From NCBI GenBank assembly GCA_014239365.1, contig JAAZZB010000049.1, positions 32,641-96,640 on the forward strand: a stretch of DNA of 64,000 nt, in the 5' to 3' direction. The notes beneath the pieces were generated by a model that was not told the DNA's origin, searched no databases, and saw only the letters and a program-made list of their open reading frames with translations. This document shows, piece by piece, positions 34,785 through 45,908 of this stretch; positions within the stretch are counted from its first letter, which is position 1, and every line of letters begins with the position of its first letter. The position numbers were made by a program, and so were the translations under genes. Origin of the DNA: Verrucomicrobiia bacterium (GTDB taxonomy: Bacteria; Verrucomicrobiota; Verrucomicrobiia; Limisphaerales; UBA1100).

Positions 34785-35435
34785 ATGAAGCACACCTTTG
34801 TTTTTCTCATCACGTTGTTTAGCCTTTCCACTTTTGACTCGTTGCAGGCGGGGCCGCCGAAGGGGTTTGTGGCTTTGTTCAATGGAAAAAATCTCGATGG
34901 CTGGAATGCCAAACCAAATGGATGGACGGTGGTCGATGGCGTGCTCACGCGTATGCCGAGGAGTGGATACATTTGGACGAAGGAGAGTTATGGCGATTTT
35001 GTTTTGGATGTGGAGGTGAAGGTTTCGCGTCGGTGCAATAGCGGCATCTTTTTTCGCACGGACCCGAAAAACGCGGTGCAAGGTGGATTTGAAATTCAGG
35101 TGTTCGATACCACGGGAAAAACGAAGCTCGGCAAGCACGATCACGGCGCGTTGTACGATGCCCTCGCTCCGAGCGCCAACCCCGCCAAACCGGCCGGCGA
35201 ATGGGATCGCTTTATCATCACCTGCAAAGGCCCGAAGATCACGGTGAGCATCAATGGCAAACAAGTCGTGAACGCCAACCTCGATGACTGGAAGACCGGC
35301 AACAAAAACCCCGACGGCAGCCGCAACAAATTCAAAACCGCCCTCAAGGATCTCCCCCGCACCGGCCACATCGGTTTCCAGGATCACGGGCAGAATGTGT
35401 GGTTCCGGAATGTGTATTTGAAAAAGTTGGATTGA
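34785..35435 (+). CDS. DUF1080 (3-keto-disaccharide hydrolase-like) domain protein, secreted
   Basis: Signal MKHTFVFLITLFSLSTFDSLQA. FVALFNGKNLDGWNAKPNGWTVVDGVL...GDFVLDVEVKVSRRCNSGIFFR...GHIGFQDHGQNVWFRNVYLKKL is the typical DUF1080 pattern. Confidence 0.75.
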   Translation: MKHTFVFLITLFSLSTFDSLQAGPPKGFVALFNGKNLDGWNAKPNGWTVVDGVLTRMPRSGYIWTKESYGDFVLDVEVKVSRRCNSGIFFRTDPKNAVQGGFEIQVFDTTGKTKLGKHDHGALYDALAPSANPAKPAGEWDRFIITCKGPKITVSINGKQVVNANLDDWKTGNKNPDGSRNKFKTALKDLPRTGHIGFQDHGQNVWFRNVYLKKLD

Positions 35436-35519
35436 GTAGATTTTTGGTTTTCGATTGAAGAATGGTTGGGTTGTAGCCCGGACCGGTGGTCCGGGCCCCG
35501 GGCCACCGGCCCGGGCTAC
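35436..35519 (-). repeat. composite repeat copy 4 (inverted, tail truncated)
   Basis: The core is read in reverse orientation at 35473-35519. The partial tail runs leftward and abuts the DUF1080 stop. Confidence 0.75.
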
Positions 35520-35635
35520 AATTCCAACGCTGCTTCCAATAAGCTTGCATTCGAAAACTTTGGCGTCTTTCCGATTTACTTGTTCCCCCATCAAATAAGT
35601 TGAATCTCTAGCCCATCCGCAGTATCCAACTACCA

Positions 35636-37129
35636 ATGCGCACGACCTTTACCCTCCTTGTGCTGGCCTTCGGCTGGCAGTCCGCCCTCGCACTCGATTG
35701 GCCGCAATGGCGCGGCCCAAACCGCACCGGCATCAGCGCCGAGAAGGGCCTCCTCAAACAATGGCCCCAAGGCGGCCCCAAACGCCTGTGGATCAACAGC
35801 CAAATGGGCAACGGCTATTCCAGCTTCGCCATTGCCAAAGGCAAACTTTACACCCTCGGCTCGCGGCGCGGAACGGAGCAATTGATTTGCCTCGATGCAA
35901 ACTCTGGGCGCGAACAATGGGCGGCCAATCTTGGCCCCGAATTATCCAATAGCTGGGGCGGCGGCCCGCGCGGCACGCCCACCGTTGATGGCAATCGCAT
36001 CTACGCGATGAGCGGCAAAGGCAATTTGGTGTGCACCGATCTCGCCGGTAAAATCCAATGGCAAGCGAGTATGGCACGCCTCGGCGGCGGCGTGCCGCAA
36101 TGGGGCTACACCGAAAGCATCACCGTGGATGGCAACCTCGCACTGGCCACGCCGGGCGGAGGACAAGGCGCGGTGGTTGCGTTCAACAAACTTTCCGGCC
36201 AAGTGGTTTGGCAAAGCAAACAATTCACCGATGGCGCGCAGTACGCCTCGGTGTTGCCGGTGACGCACAACGGCGGCCGCCAATACATTCAGCTCACGCA
36301 AAAAAGTTTGGTGGGCCTCGACGCGCGCACGGGCAATGTCCTCTGGAAATCCGGGTGGGGCGGCAAAACGGCGGTGATCCCCACGCCGATTTTTAGCAAC
36401 GGCAAAGTGTACATCGCCAGCGGCTACGGCGCGGGCAGCAAATTAGTCAACGTCGGAGCGGGCAATCGCGCCAGTGATGTGTGGTCAAACAAGGTGATGA
36501 AAAATCATCACGGCGGGGTGATTTTGTTCGGCCAACATTTGTACGGCTACAGCGATGGCGCGGGTTGGGTGTGCCAGGATTTCGCCAGCGGCCGCGAAGT
36601 GTGGAGCGAAAAACGCGCGCTCGGCAAAGGCTGCCTCACCATCGCCGATGGGATGATGTATTGCGTGGACGAAAGCCGCGGCGACATCGTGCTTGCGGCG
36701 GCCAACCCGCGCGGCTGGCGTGAGAGCGGTCGCTTCCGCCTCGCACCGCAATCGCGCATCCGCAGTAGTCGCGGCAAAATCTGGAGCCATCCCGTGGTGG
36801 CCAACGGCAAACTATATCTGCGCGATCAAGAACACCTTTACTGCCACCAAATCAGCGGCGGCGGCGCAGCGGTCACCCCCACCCCTGCGGGCCCTCCCGG
36901 AAAAGCCATCGCGTGGACCGCCAGCGTGGACAACAAATCCATCGACGCTATCTATAAAGGCAAAACGCAGGCCGTCGTCACCACCGTCTTCGGCCAACCC
37001 TCCAAAACCCAAGGCACGTGGAAGGCCTATTCCGGCTTGAACATCACCGATCGCCAAGGCAAAAAGTACGGAACCGTTTGGTTCAACCTCGCCGGCGGCA
37101 CAGTCCAGCAAGTGCGTTTTGATAAATGA
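35636..37129 (+). CDS. PQQ-like beta-propeller repeat protein (BamB-family fold)
   Basis: 497 aa with a signal peptide, then DWPQWRGPNRTG and repeated propeller blades (G.LY....G.L.C.D...G...W). An extra C-terminal domain of about 90 aa is present. Confidence 0.75.
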   Translation: MRTTFTLLVLAFGWQSALALDWPQWRGPNRTGISAEKGLLKQWPQGGPKRLWINSQMGNGYSSFAIAKGKLYTLGSRRGTEQLICLDANSGREQWAANLGPELSNSWGGGPRGTPTVDGNRIYAMSGKGNLVCTDLAGKIQWQASMARLGGGVPQWGYTESITVDGNLALATPGGGQGAVVAFNKLSGQVVWQSKQFTDGAQYASVLPVTHNGGRQYIQLTQKSLVGLDARTGNVLWKSGWGGKTAVIPTPIFSNGKVYIASGYGAGSKLVNVGAGNRASDVWSNKVMKNHHGGVILFGQHLYGYSDGAGWVCQDFASGREVWSEKRALGKGCLTIADGMMYCVDESRGDIVLAAANPRGWRESGRFRLAPQSRIRSSRGKIWSHPVVANGKLYLRDQEHLYCHQISGGGAAVTPTPAGPPGKAIAWTASVDNKSIDAIYKGKTQAVVTTVFGQPSKTQGTWKAYSGLNITDRQGKKYGTVWFNLAGGTVQQVRFDK

Positions 37130-37167
37130 ACATTTGAAACTTGAAAATTAAACACACCCTTAATCCT

Positions 37168-38388
37168 ATGCGTATCCTAACATCCCTCATCCTCTTGAGC
37201 CTCGCGCTCCAATCCTTCGCTGCAAACTGGTCGCAATGGCGCGGCCCCAATCGCGACGGTGTAAACCCCGAAAAAGGCCTCGCCAATCAATGGCCCGAGG
37301 CCGGCCCCAAGTTACTCTACAAAGCCACCGGCGTGGGCGTTGGATTTTCCAGCGTGGTCATCGCCGATGGCACCGTGTACACGCTCGGCGATTTGGATGA
37401 TGCCTGCTATCTCTTCGCGCTCGATCTCAAGGGCAAACAAAAATGGAAAGCCCGCGTGGGCGATCCCAAAGGCCACCGTGGTTACCCCGGCCCGCGCTCC
37501 ACGCCCACAGTGGCCAACGGCCTCGTCTATTGCCTCGGCCAACACGCCGATCTGGTTTGCATCAGCACTGCCGGCAAAGAAGTGTGGCGCGTGAATTTGC
37601 AAAATGATTTCGGCGGCAAAATGATGAGCGGCTGGCGCTGGAGCGAATCGCCATTGGTCGATGACGGCAACGTGATCGTCACCCCCGGCGGACGCGATGG
37701 TGCCGTGATTGCCCTCAACGCCAAGACCGGCAAACAAGCGTGGCGCTGCGAAGATTGGCAGGACTCCGCCGGTTATTCCTCACTCATCATCCGCGAGATT
37801 GGCGGCATCAAACAATACCTCCAGCTCACCGGCAACAGCGTGGCGGGCATCGACGCGAGCAACGGCAAACTGTTGTGGAGCGCTCCACGCAAAGGACGCA
37901 CCGCGGTGGTTAGCACGCCGGTGTTTCATAAAGGCACGCTGTTTGTCACCAGCGCGTACAACGTGGGCTGCAACGGGTTCACCGTGGAATACAAAGACAA
38001 TAAGTTTAACACGAAAGAAATTTATAAACACGCCGGCGGCGTGGGAATGGCCAACCACCACGGCGGCGCCATTCGCGTGGGCGATTATGTGTACGGCTCC
38101 AACGGCGGCTCAATGTCCTGCATTGAACTGGCCACCGGCAAAGTGATGTGGAACGAACGCAGCGCCGGCAAAGGCGCGATCGTGGTGGCCGATAATAAAA
38201 TCATCCTCCGCACCGAACGCGGCCCCGTGTCGCTCGTGAAGCTCACCCCCAAAGCCTACGAAGAAGTCAGCCGCTTCAACCAACCGGAACGCACCCGAGC
38301 CAAAGCCTGGGCGCATCCGGTGGTGCTCGATGGGAAATTATACCTGCGCGATCAGGATAGCTTGTTTGTCTTTGATGTGAGCGAGTAG
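37168..38388 (+). CDS. PQQ-like beta-propeller repeat protein, paralog of the preceding gene
   Basis: Start chosen at MRILTSLILLSLALQSFA. It has the same NWSQWRGPNRDG entry motif and blade pattern. Confidence 0.75.
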   Translation: MRILTSLILLSLALQSFAANWSQWRGPNRDGVNPEKGLANQWPEAGPKLLYKATGVGVGFSSVVIADGTVYTLGDLDDACYLFALDLKGKQKWKARVGDPKGHRGYPGPRSTPTVANGLVYCLGQHADLVCISTAGKEVWRVNLQNDFGGKMMSGWRWSESPLVDDGNVIVTPGGRDGAVIALNAKTGKQAWRCEDWQDSAGYSSLIIREIGGIKQYLQLTGNSVAGIDASNGKLLWSAPRKGRTAVVSTPVFHKGTLFVTSAYNVGCNGFTVEYKDNKFNTKEIYKHAGGVGMANHHGGAIRVGDYVYGSNGGSMSCIELATGKVMWNERSAGKGAIVVADNKIILRTERGPVSLVKLTPKAYEEVSRFNQPERTRAKAWAHPVVLDGKLYLRDQDSLFVFDVSE

Positions 38389-38394
38389 CGCTGA

Positions 38395-38532
38395 AATTCC
38401 CAAGGCCCAAGAACCAAACCCCCAAGGAAATCCCAATGACCAATTCCCAAAGGGGAACGTCATCGAAATTGGGCTTTTAGTTTTTGGGGATTGGGTATTC
38501 CTTGGAATTTGGGCATTGGGAATTTGGGCATT
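38395..38532. repeat. long imperfect palindrome of CCAAGG/ATTGGG-type short motifs (family D)
   Basis: AAATTCCCAAGGCCCAAGAACC...GGGATTGGGTATTCCTTGGAATTTGGGCATTGGGAATTTGGGCATT, lying between convergent genes. Related copies lie at 40669-40792 and 45822-45908. Confidence 0.7.
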
Positions 38533-38540
38533 ACCCAGCA

Positions 38541-40607
<2,067 letters not shown>

Positions 40608-40668
40608 TGGGGGAGGGAGTTAAGCGAAGAGTGTCGCCCAAGCCAATCGGAAGTTAGTCACAGGGGGG

Positions 40669-40792
40669 AAATGACCAATGACCAAGTTTCAATGCCCAAG
40701 GAAATCCCAATCACCAAATCCCAATAAACCAAACTTGCCCTTATTGGGGCTTGGGTATTCCTTGGAATTTGGTCATTGGGCCTTGGTCATTT
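40669..40792. repeat. family D long imperfect palindrome
   Basis: The arms AAATGACCAATGACCAAGTTTCAATGCCCAAGGAAATCCCAAT... and ...ATTGGGGCTTGGGTATTCCTTGGAATTTGGTCATTGGGCCTTGGTCATTT are about 55 nt each. The right arm contains the STAS gene stop. Confidence 0.7.
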
Positions 40793-41266
40793 ATTAAGGT
40801 CTTCCTCCAAAAACTTTGCAACATCCTTAAACTTCGGAACGTTTTCTGGATTAATTTCCATTAGCAATTTATGCGCTTCGAGGCTGGCTTCGGTGAGGGC
40901 GCGTTTATCGGCGTTGGTGGATTCGGTTTCTTCGAGTTTGGCGCCGCTCATTTCGAATGGGTTTTCGCCGGTGCCGACGGTGAGGAGTTCCATCACGCCG
41001 AGGCTGTCGAGAAGATCGATGATGCGTTCGCTGGGGTTGAGCAGTTCGATGCGGTCGAGGCGATTGGTCATACTCATTAGGATGCCGAGGAAGGTGCTGT
41101 CCATATTCACGCACTCGGTGAGATCGAGCAACAGCACGCGGCCGCCTTGTTCGCAGGATTGATTGACCACGGTTTTGAAATCCACACCGGCGGCAAAATT
41201 GGCGGGGCCGCCGACTTTGATGCAGGCGATGCCTTCGGTGACGGCGACTTGGAGGCGGGCGCTCAT
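40787..41266 (-). CDS. STAS-domain protein (anti-sigma-factor-antagonist-like)
   Basis: 159 aa. The pattern IKVGGPANFAAGVDFKTVV...LLLDLTECVNMDSTFLGILM...RIIDLLDSLG fits the STAS fold. It has an additional C-terminal tail of about 50 aa. Confidence 0.6.
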   Translation of the reverse strand: MSARLQVAVTEGIACIKVGGPANFAAGVDFKTVVNQSCEQGGRVLLLDLTECVNMDSTFLGILMSMTNRLDRIELLNPSERIIDLLDSLGVMELLTVGTGENPFEMSGAKLEETESTNADKRALTEASLEAHKLLMEINPENVPKFKDVAKFLEEDLNK

Positions 41267-42429
41267 TAGGCGGCGGCGGCTTCAGGGCGCGCGGCGATTT
41301 GGGTGAGGGTGGATTGCAAAATAAATGAGTCGTCCAGCGAACTGGAAACGAGTTTGAGGTTGGCTTGCATTAAAAGATCGAGCGCGTGGACGAGTTCGGC
41401 GCTGGTATAATTGCGCGCCTGTTTGGTGGCGCTAAATAATACATAGGGATGAAGCCCAAGCGGGCTGATGCGGCGGTCATCGGGGAACTCGCCCGCGGGC
41501 AAGTCATCGAGCTGCGACTTAAATTGCGGGTACGCGTTGGCGGGGCGAATCATATTCGCATCGAGCAATTCCCGCGCGAAGAGCAGCGAGCGCACTTTGC
41601 TAATGAGCCCGGAGCACAGGCCGATGGTGGATTTTTTGCGATCGGTTTTTGCCGCCCACAAATCCTCGTCTAATCGTTTTAAGAGGCGCGGCAGATTGCG
41701 ATCGCCCAACGCGTCGCCCAGCGCAAAGGCCTTCGCGTGCTTGCCCGGCGTGACAATGGCACGCACGTCGTCGCGGTTTACCTCCGCGCGCTCGCCCACA
41801 TAGAGCGCCGCTTTTTCGCATTCGCTCATTAACGCGCGGCTGTTCGGGCCGACCATTTGCACGAGCTCCGTGGCCGCGCCGTAGTCCGCCTTCACGCCGA
41901 GCTTTCGGAGCTTGGCGGTGACGAGTTGCTCGGCTTTGGCTTGCCACTCGCGGTCGTCGGTGGAGAGCGCCTTGAATTCCTCATCGTGGCCCTGCTTGGC
42001 GATGGCTTTGTAAAACACTTTTCGCTTGTCGCATTTGCTGGCGCTGATGAGTAGGCGCACGCCTTGCCAATCGAATGCCTTCAACCACGCCGTGAGATCG
42101 GCAATGCCGCTGGTGACGTCTTTGGTTTTGGACGTGCGATCGTCGCCCAGAAAATTACAGTCCTTAAACCACACCACTTTTTCGCCACCAAAAAACGGAA
42201 GCGTATCCAGCGCCAACCGCAGGCGGCCCAGAATTTTGGAAGCCTCGCCGCCACTGGCCGCGTGGGCCTCGACGATTTCGTGATCCTCACCGCCGACGTC
42301 CGCGCACCAGCCTTGGAAAATCTGGCGCGCGCGCTGGCTCACCGCGAAGTCATCATCGCCGTGCACCAACACCAACGGCACCTCCGGAAGCGAGGGCGCC
42401 TTATTCGTCTTCTGATTCTTCGCTGGCAC
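41266..42429 (-). CDS. holA: DNA polymerase III subunit delta
   Basis: 387 aa. The N-terminus LVLVHGDDDFAVSQRARQI and overall helical C-domains resemble HolA. The assignment is by pattern only. Confidence 0.6.
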   Translation of the reverse strand: MPAKNQKTNKAPSLPEVPLVLVHGDDDFAVSQRARQIFQGWCADVGGEDHEIVEAHAASGGEASKILGRLRLALDTLPFFGGEKVVWFKDCNFLGDDRTSKTKDVTSGIADLTAWLKAFDWQGVRLLISASKCDKRKVFYKAIAKQGHDEEFKALSTDDREWQAKAEQLVTAKLRKLGVKADYGAATELVQMVGPNSRALMSECEKAALYVGERAEVNRDDVRAIVTPGKHAKAFALGDALGDRNLPRLLKRLDEDLWAAKTDRKKSTIGLCSGLISKVRSLLFARELLDANMIRPANAYPQFKSQLDDLPAGEFPDDRRISPLGLHPYVLFSATKQARNYTSAELVHALDLLMQANLKLVSSSLDDSFILQSTLTQIAARPEAAAA

Positions 42430-42862
42430 CTTCGTTTATTTGCTCAAGAAATTCGCTCATATCCTCCACCTCTTCAAACAGACTGGCCGACACGTACACC
42501 GGAATTTTCTGCGCCGTCGCAATCGCAAGGCAATCACTCGGACGGGCGTCCAGCTCCACAATCTTGGAGCCCAGTTCATTTTCCATTTTCAAAATCGCCC
42601 GCGCGAAATACGTCGAATGCTTCAGCTCCGTAATCACCACTCGCTCCACCGCAATGCCGAACCCTTGAAACACATTACTCAGCAAATCGTGCGTCAACGG
42701 CCGTTCCTTCGGCGCATCCCGCAGGAAATTTCCAATCACCGCCGCCATATTGGTTTCCACTTGGATAATAAAAACCTTCTCCTCATTCCCCAAAAAAATC
42801 GCAGCCCCGCTATTGGCGGGAAGAATCCCACGAATCTGTACCAAAATGACGTCCGCGTTCAC
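42401..42862 (-). CDS. bifunctional nuclease (BFN/DUF151) family protein
   Basis: 153 aa. AIFLGNEEKVFIIQVE...ERPLTHDLL...ITELKHSTYFARAIL...ELDARPSDCLAIA is the conserved BFN pattern. Confidence 0.75.
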   Translation of the reverse strand: MNADVILVQIRGILPANSGAAIFLGNEEKVFIIQVETNMAAVIGNFLRDAPKERPLTHDLLSNVFQGFGIAVERVVITELKHSTYFARAILKMENELGSKIVELDARPSDCLAIATAQKIPVYVSASLFEEVEDMSEFLEQINEGASEESEDE

Positions 42863-42927
42863 GGCCCCAACCTACGCCCCGCGAGCCCGATTGACAAGCC
42901 CTTGCCGTCTGCGGCAGGATTCGGCCC

Positions 42928-43413
42928 TTGGATTTTTATAAAAAAATACTAACCGCCGACACGCTACCCGCCTGGCGCGAAGCCCTCCGTGCCGAAGGCC
43001 GCACCCTTGCCGCCACCAACGGCTGCTTCGATATTTTGCACGCCGGCCACGTCAACTACCTTCAATCCGCCCGCAACGAAGCCGATGCCCTCATCGTGGG
43101 CCTCAACAGCGATCGCTCCATCACCGAGCTCAAAGGCCCCGACCGCCCCATCCACACCGAGGCCGACCGCGCCGCCGTCATCGCCGCACTCGAATCCGTT
43201 GACGCCGTTTATATCTTCGACGACCTCCGCGCCACAAACTTCCTGCACATCACCCACCCCGATGTCTACATCAAAGGCGGCGATTACACCATCGACCAAC
43301 TCCCCGCCGAAGAACTCGCCATCATCCGAGCCCAAGGCGGCGACATCCTCGTCATCGGCCACCTCCCCGGCAAATCCAGCACCCAAATCGCCAAACGCAT
43401 TTTGGAGGGTTGA
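42928..43413 (+). CDS. D-glycero-beta-D-manno-heptose 1-phosphate adenylyltransferase (RfaE domain II type cytidylyltransferase)
   Basis: TNGCFDILHAGHVNYLQSAR...LIVGLNSDRSITELKGPDRPI...RAAVIAALESVD is the nucleotidyltransferase HxGH motif and layout. TTG start. Confidence 0.8.
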   Translation: MDFYKKILTADTLPAWREALRAEGRTLAATNGCFDILHAGHVNYLQSARNEADALIVGLNSDRSITELKGPDRPIHTEADRAAVIAALESVDAVYIFDDLRATNFLHITHPDVYIKGGDYTIDQLPAEELAIIRAQGGDILVIGHLPGKSSTQIAKRILEG

Positions 43414-43497
43414 TCCACAATCCCTCTCCACCAAGGCGGAGCGCGCAGAAGTGGTTGGCCCCTGCGGCTCGGGTTATGGTTTGGAATGGGCATGAGG

Positions 43498-43908
43498 CTA
43501 GGCCGCATCGTCCAAATCCACACCGTATTCCGCACCATCTTCATCGGGCGCGGGTGTCTCAGTGGGTACACTGGTTTTACGGATAAGCCCGCTCTTGCGT
43601 TCGGACTTGGTCTTAAAGCCAAGGAATCGGTAAAATTCCGAGTCTTCCCCAAAATCCTCATGCCCACGGATGCAGTGAACGATGCGCAAGCGGATATCCC
43701 GTAATTCCAATCCCACAGACTGGCGTGCGGCAATTTTGCCACGATACTCCAGCTTGAGAGCATCCATCGCCGCCAACAATTCCTTGAGCGAGGCAATGAG
43801 CGCCTTGAGTTGTTCCAGCGTGTATCCGCTGAATTTGTGGTCGAGGGCGTATTTTTCCCAGCCAGAGGCCAGTACTTCCAATTCTGTTTTCAATGAATTA
43901 ATTTTCAT
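43498..43908 (-). CDS. hypothetical protein
   Basis: 136 aa from the internal Met ([17 protein letters not shown]...). The upstream part of the tracked ORF runs through the palindromic repeat array and is not credible as coding. Confidence 0.4.
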   Translation of the reverse strand: MKINSLKTELEVLASGWEKYALDHKFSGYTLEQLKALIASLKELLAAMDALKLEYRGKIAARQSVGLELRDIRLRIVHCIRGHEDFGEDSEFYRFLGFKTKSERKSGLIRKTSVPTETPAPDEDGAEYGVDLDDAA

Positions 43909-44007
43909 TACGTACCATAATAGGAATCCGGCACGTGGAATTCTAATTTTTCTCAACTTTTTTTTATTTTTTTCTGCGTGCAAAAAATCCCTGAAAAACA
44001 GGGGGGT

Positions 44008-44103
44008 CCCGCCACTGGGCGGCCTTTGCCAACTACTTGGCGGGCGGTGCCAACTGGTTGGCGGGCCTCGCCAACTCCTTGGCAAAGGCCGCCCAGTGGC
44101 GGG
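44008..44103. promoter_or_regulatory. palindrome array in the divergent guaB promoter region
   Basis: The 14-bp palindromes GCCAACTACTTGGC (44028-44041), GCCAACTGGTTGGC (44049-44062) and GCCAACTCCTTGGC (44070-44083) are spaced exactly 21 bp apart. They are enclosed by a perfect 25-bp inverted repeat (44008-44032 and 44079-44103). Confidence 0.4.
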
Positions 44104-44248
44104 GAACAGATGCCCTAGGGTTGGCAACCCCAGCACCGTCATTGGCGCAAGGTGCCAACAGGCCGGAAGGACGTGCCACTGTGCCCGCCTTGCTTCGCCG
44201 ATCTATTTCCGGCTTGCCACGTGCCGCCTCTCTCGGGCAAGGTCGCCT

Positions 44249-45817
44249 ATGGCAGCCAAGTCCAATTCTGATGACACGGATTCGCAGTTTTATTTAAACG
44301 CGGATACCTTCTTCCCGCGCCACGCCAATACGGGCCTTACGTTTGACGACGTCACGCTGGCCACGCAGTTTTCACAAATCCTCCCGCGCGATACGGTTCT
44401 GGACACGCGGTTGGCGGAAAATCTGGAGCTGCATTTGCCGATTATTTCTGCCGATATGGATACGGTGACCGAGCACGCGATGGCCATCGCGATGGCGCTC
44501 AAGGGCGGGTTGGGGCTTGTGCATTATAATATGCCCGAGAAACAGCAGCTCAAGGAAGTGAGCCGCGTGAAGAATCACGTGCACGGGTTGATTCAGGAAC
44601 CGATCACCGTGACGGCCGATCTTTCGGTGGGCGATGTGCTGGAGCTGATCGAGGAACAGCGCTACACGTTTAGCACCTTTCCGGTGGTGGATGATGCGGG
44701 CAACCTCACCGGTTTGCTTTCCGGCAGTGTGGTGAAGCCGCGCTACGCCGACCGCCGCGTGGGCGATGCGGCCATCCCGCGCGAGAGCGTGCACGCGCTC
44801 ACGGAAAAAGAACTCGAGCCCGATCCCATCCACGTGGCCGACCAGTTTTTCACCGATCATCCGGGCATCAATAAATTATTGGTGGTGGATAATGATGATC
44901 ATTTGAAAGGGCTCTTCACCCTCAGTGATGTGGAACGCATCGCGCTTGAAAAAAGCGCGCAATTCAAACCGGCGCGCGATGGGGAATTTCGTTTGCTCTG
45001 CGGCGCAGCCGTTTCCGCCACGCGCACCAAAGCGGGCGAACTCGATCGCGACCGCATCACGGCTCACGTGGGCGGGTTGCTCGAACGCGGTGTGGATGCC
45101 GTCGCCGTCTCCACCGCGCACGGCCACACGCAAGGGGTCGGCGATTCGGTGAAGCTCATTCGCGATGCGTTTCCGGCATTACCCATTATCGCCGGCAACG
45201 TCACCAGCGCGGCGGGCGTGGAATACCTTGCCGACTGCGGTGCCAATTCTATCAAGGTCGGCCAAGGGCCCGGCTCCATTTGCACCACGCGCATCGTCGC
45301 CGGCGTGGGCATCCCGCAGCTCACGGCGCTTTATGTGGCAGCGCAAGGCGCGAGGGCCAAAGGCGTCACCGTCATCGCCGATGGCGGCGTGACCAAGAGC
45401 GGTGACATTGTCAAAGCGCTCACGCTTTCGGACGCGGTGATCTGCGGCGGGTTGCTCGCGGGCTGTCAGGAATCGCCCGGCGACATCGTGGAGATCAGCG
45501 GCAAACGCTACAAACAATATCGCGGGATGGGCAGCCTCGCCGCGATGAAAGCCGGCAGCGCCGCCCGCTACGGCCACAGCACCAAAGACACCACCCGCAA
45601 AATCGCCGCCGAAGGCGTGGAGGCGTTAAAGGAAGTTTCCGGTTCAGTCGATTCCGTGCTCACCCAACTCACCGGCGGAATCCAAAGCGGCCTCGGCTAC
45701 CTCGGCGCCGCCAACCTCGCCGAGCTACACGACAAAGCGCGCTACCTAAGAATCAGCGCCGCCAGTCAACACGAGTCCAAGCCGCACGATGTGATTGAAG
45801 TGAAGGCGGGACACTGA
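44249..45817 (+). CDS. guaB: IMP dehydrogenase
   Basis: 522 aa from ATG 44249. [24 protein letters not shown], tandem CBS domains, catalytic loop [16 protein letters not shown] and [13 protein letters not shown] are present. The upstream 189 codons of the tracked ORF are rejected. Confidence 0.9.
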   Translation: MAAKSNSDDTDSQFYLNADTFFPRHANTGLTFDDVTLATQFSQILPRDTVLDTRLAENLELHLPIISADMDTVTEHAMAIAMALKGGLGLVHYNMPEKQQLKEVSRVKNHVHGLIQEPITVTADLSVGDVLELIEEQRYTFSTFPVVDDAGNLTGLLSGSVVKPRYADRRVGDAAIPRESVHALTEKELEPDPIHVADQFFTDHPGINKLLVVDNDDHLKGLFTLSDVERIALEKSAQFKPARDGEFRLLCGAAVSATRTKAGELDRDRITAHVGGLLERGVDAVAVSTAHGHTQGVGDSVKLIRDAFPALPIIAGNVTSAAGVEYLADCGANSIKVGQGPGSICTTRIVAGVGIPQLTALYVAAQGARAKGVTVIADGGVTKSGDIVKALTLSDAVICGGLLAGCQESPGDIVEISGKRYKQYRGMGSLAAMKAGSAARYGHSTKDTTRKIAAEGVEALKEVSGSVDSVLTQLTGGIQSGLGYLGAANLAELHDKARYLRISAASQHESKPHDVIEVKAGH

Positions 45818-45821
45818 GGGA

Positions 45822-45908
45822 AAATGACCAATGACCAAACCCCCAATGCCCAATTGGGATTTGGGATTTGGAGCTTCCTTGGAATTGGGTCATTGGTTCT
45901 TGGGCATT
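45822..45908. repeat. family D imperfect palindrome
   Basis: AAAATGACCAATGACCAAACCCCCAATGCCCAATTGGG...CCTTGGAATTGGGTCATTGGTTCTTGGGCATT, lying between convergent guaB and the small zinc-ribbon gene. Confidence 0.65.

Noticed and set aside
31004-35519. Could the repeated 47-bp cores or the other palindrome families be a CRISPR array?
   Set aside because: The copies are 0.5-3 kb apart and separated by genes. One is inverted, and there are no regularly spaced unique spacers or cas genes. This is not a CRISPR architecture.
44160-44200. A possible sigma-54 type -24/-12 element near GTGCCACTGTGCCCGCCTTGCT, upstream of guaB.
   Set aside because: The sequence lacks the TGGCAC -24 consensus (it reads TGCCAC), and the spacing to TTGC does not fit. 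There is no enhancer-binding protein context.
43682-44248. The 189-codon N-terminal extension of the guaB ORF, and the mirror extension of the minus-strand ORF up to 44142.
   Set aside because: IMPDH similarity begins only at Met 44249. The extensions translate the palindrome array into 7-aa pseudo-repeats ([14 protein letters not shown]) on both strands, which marks non-coding repeat DNA.
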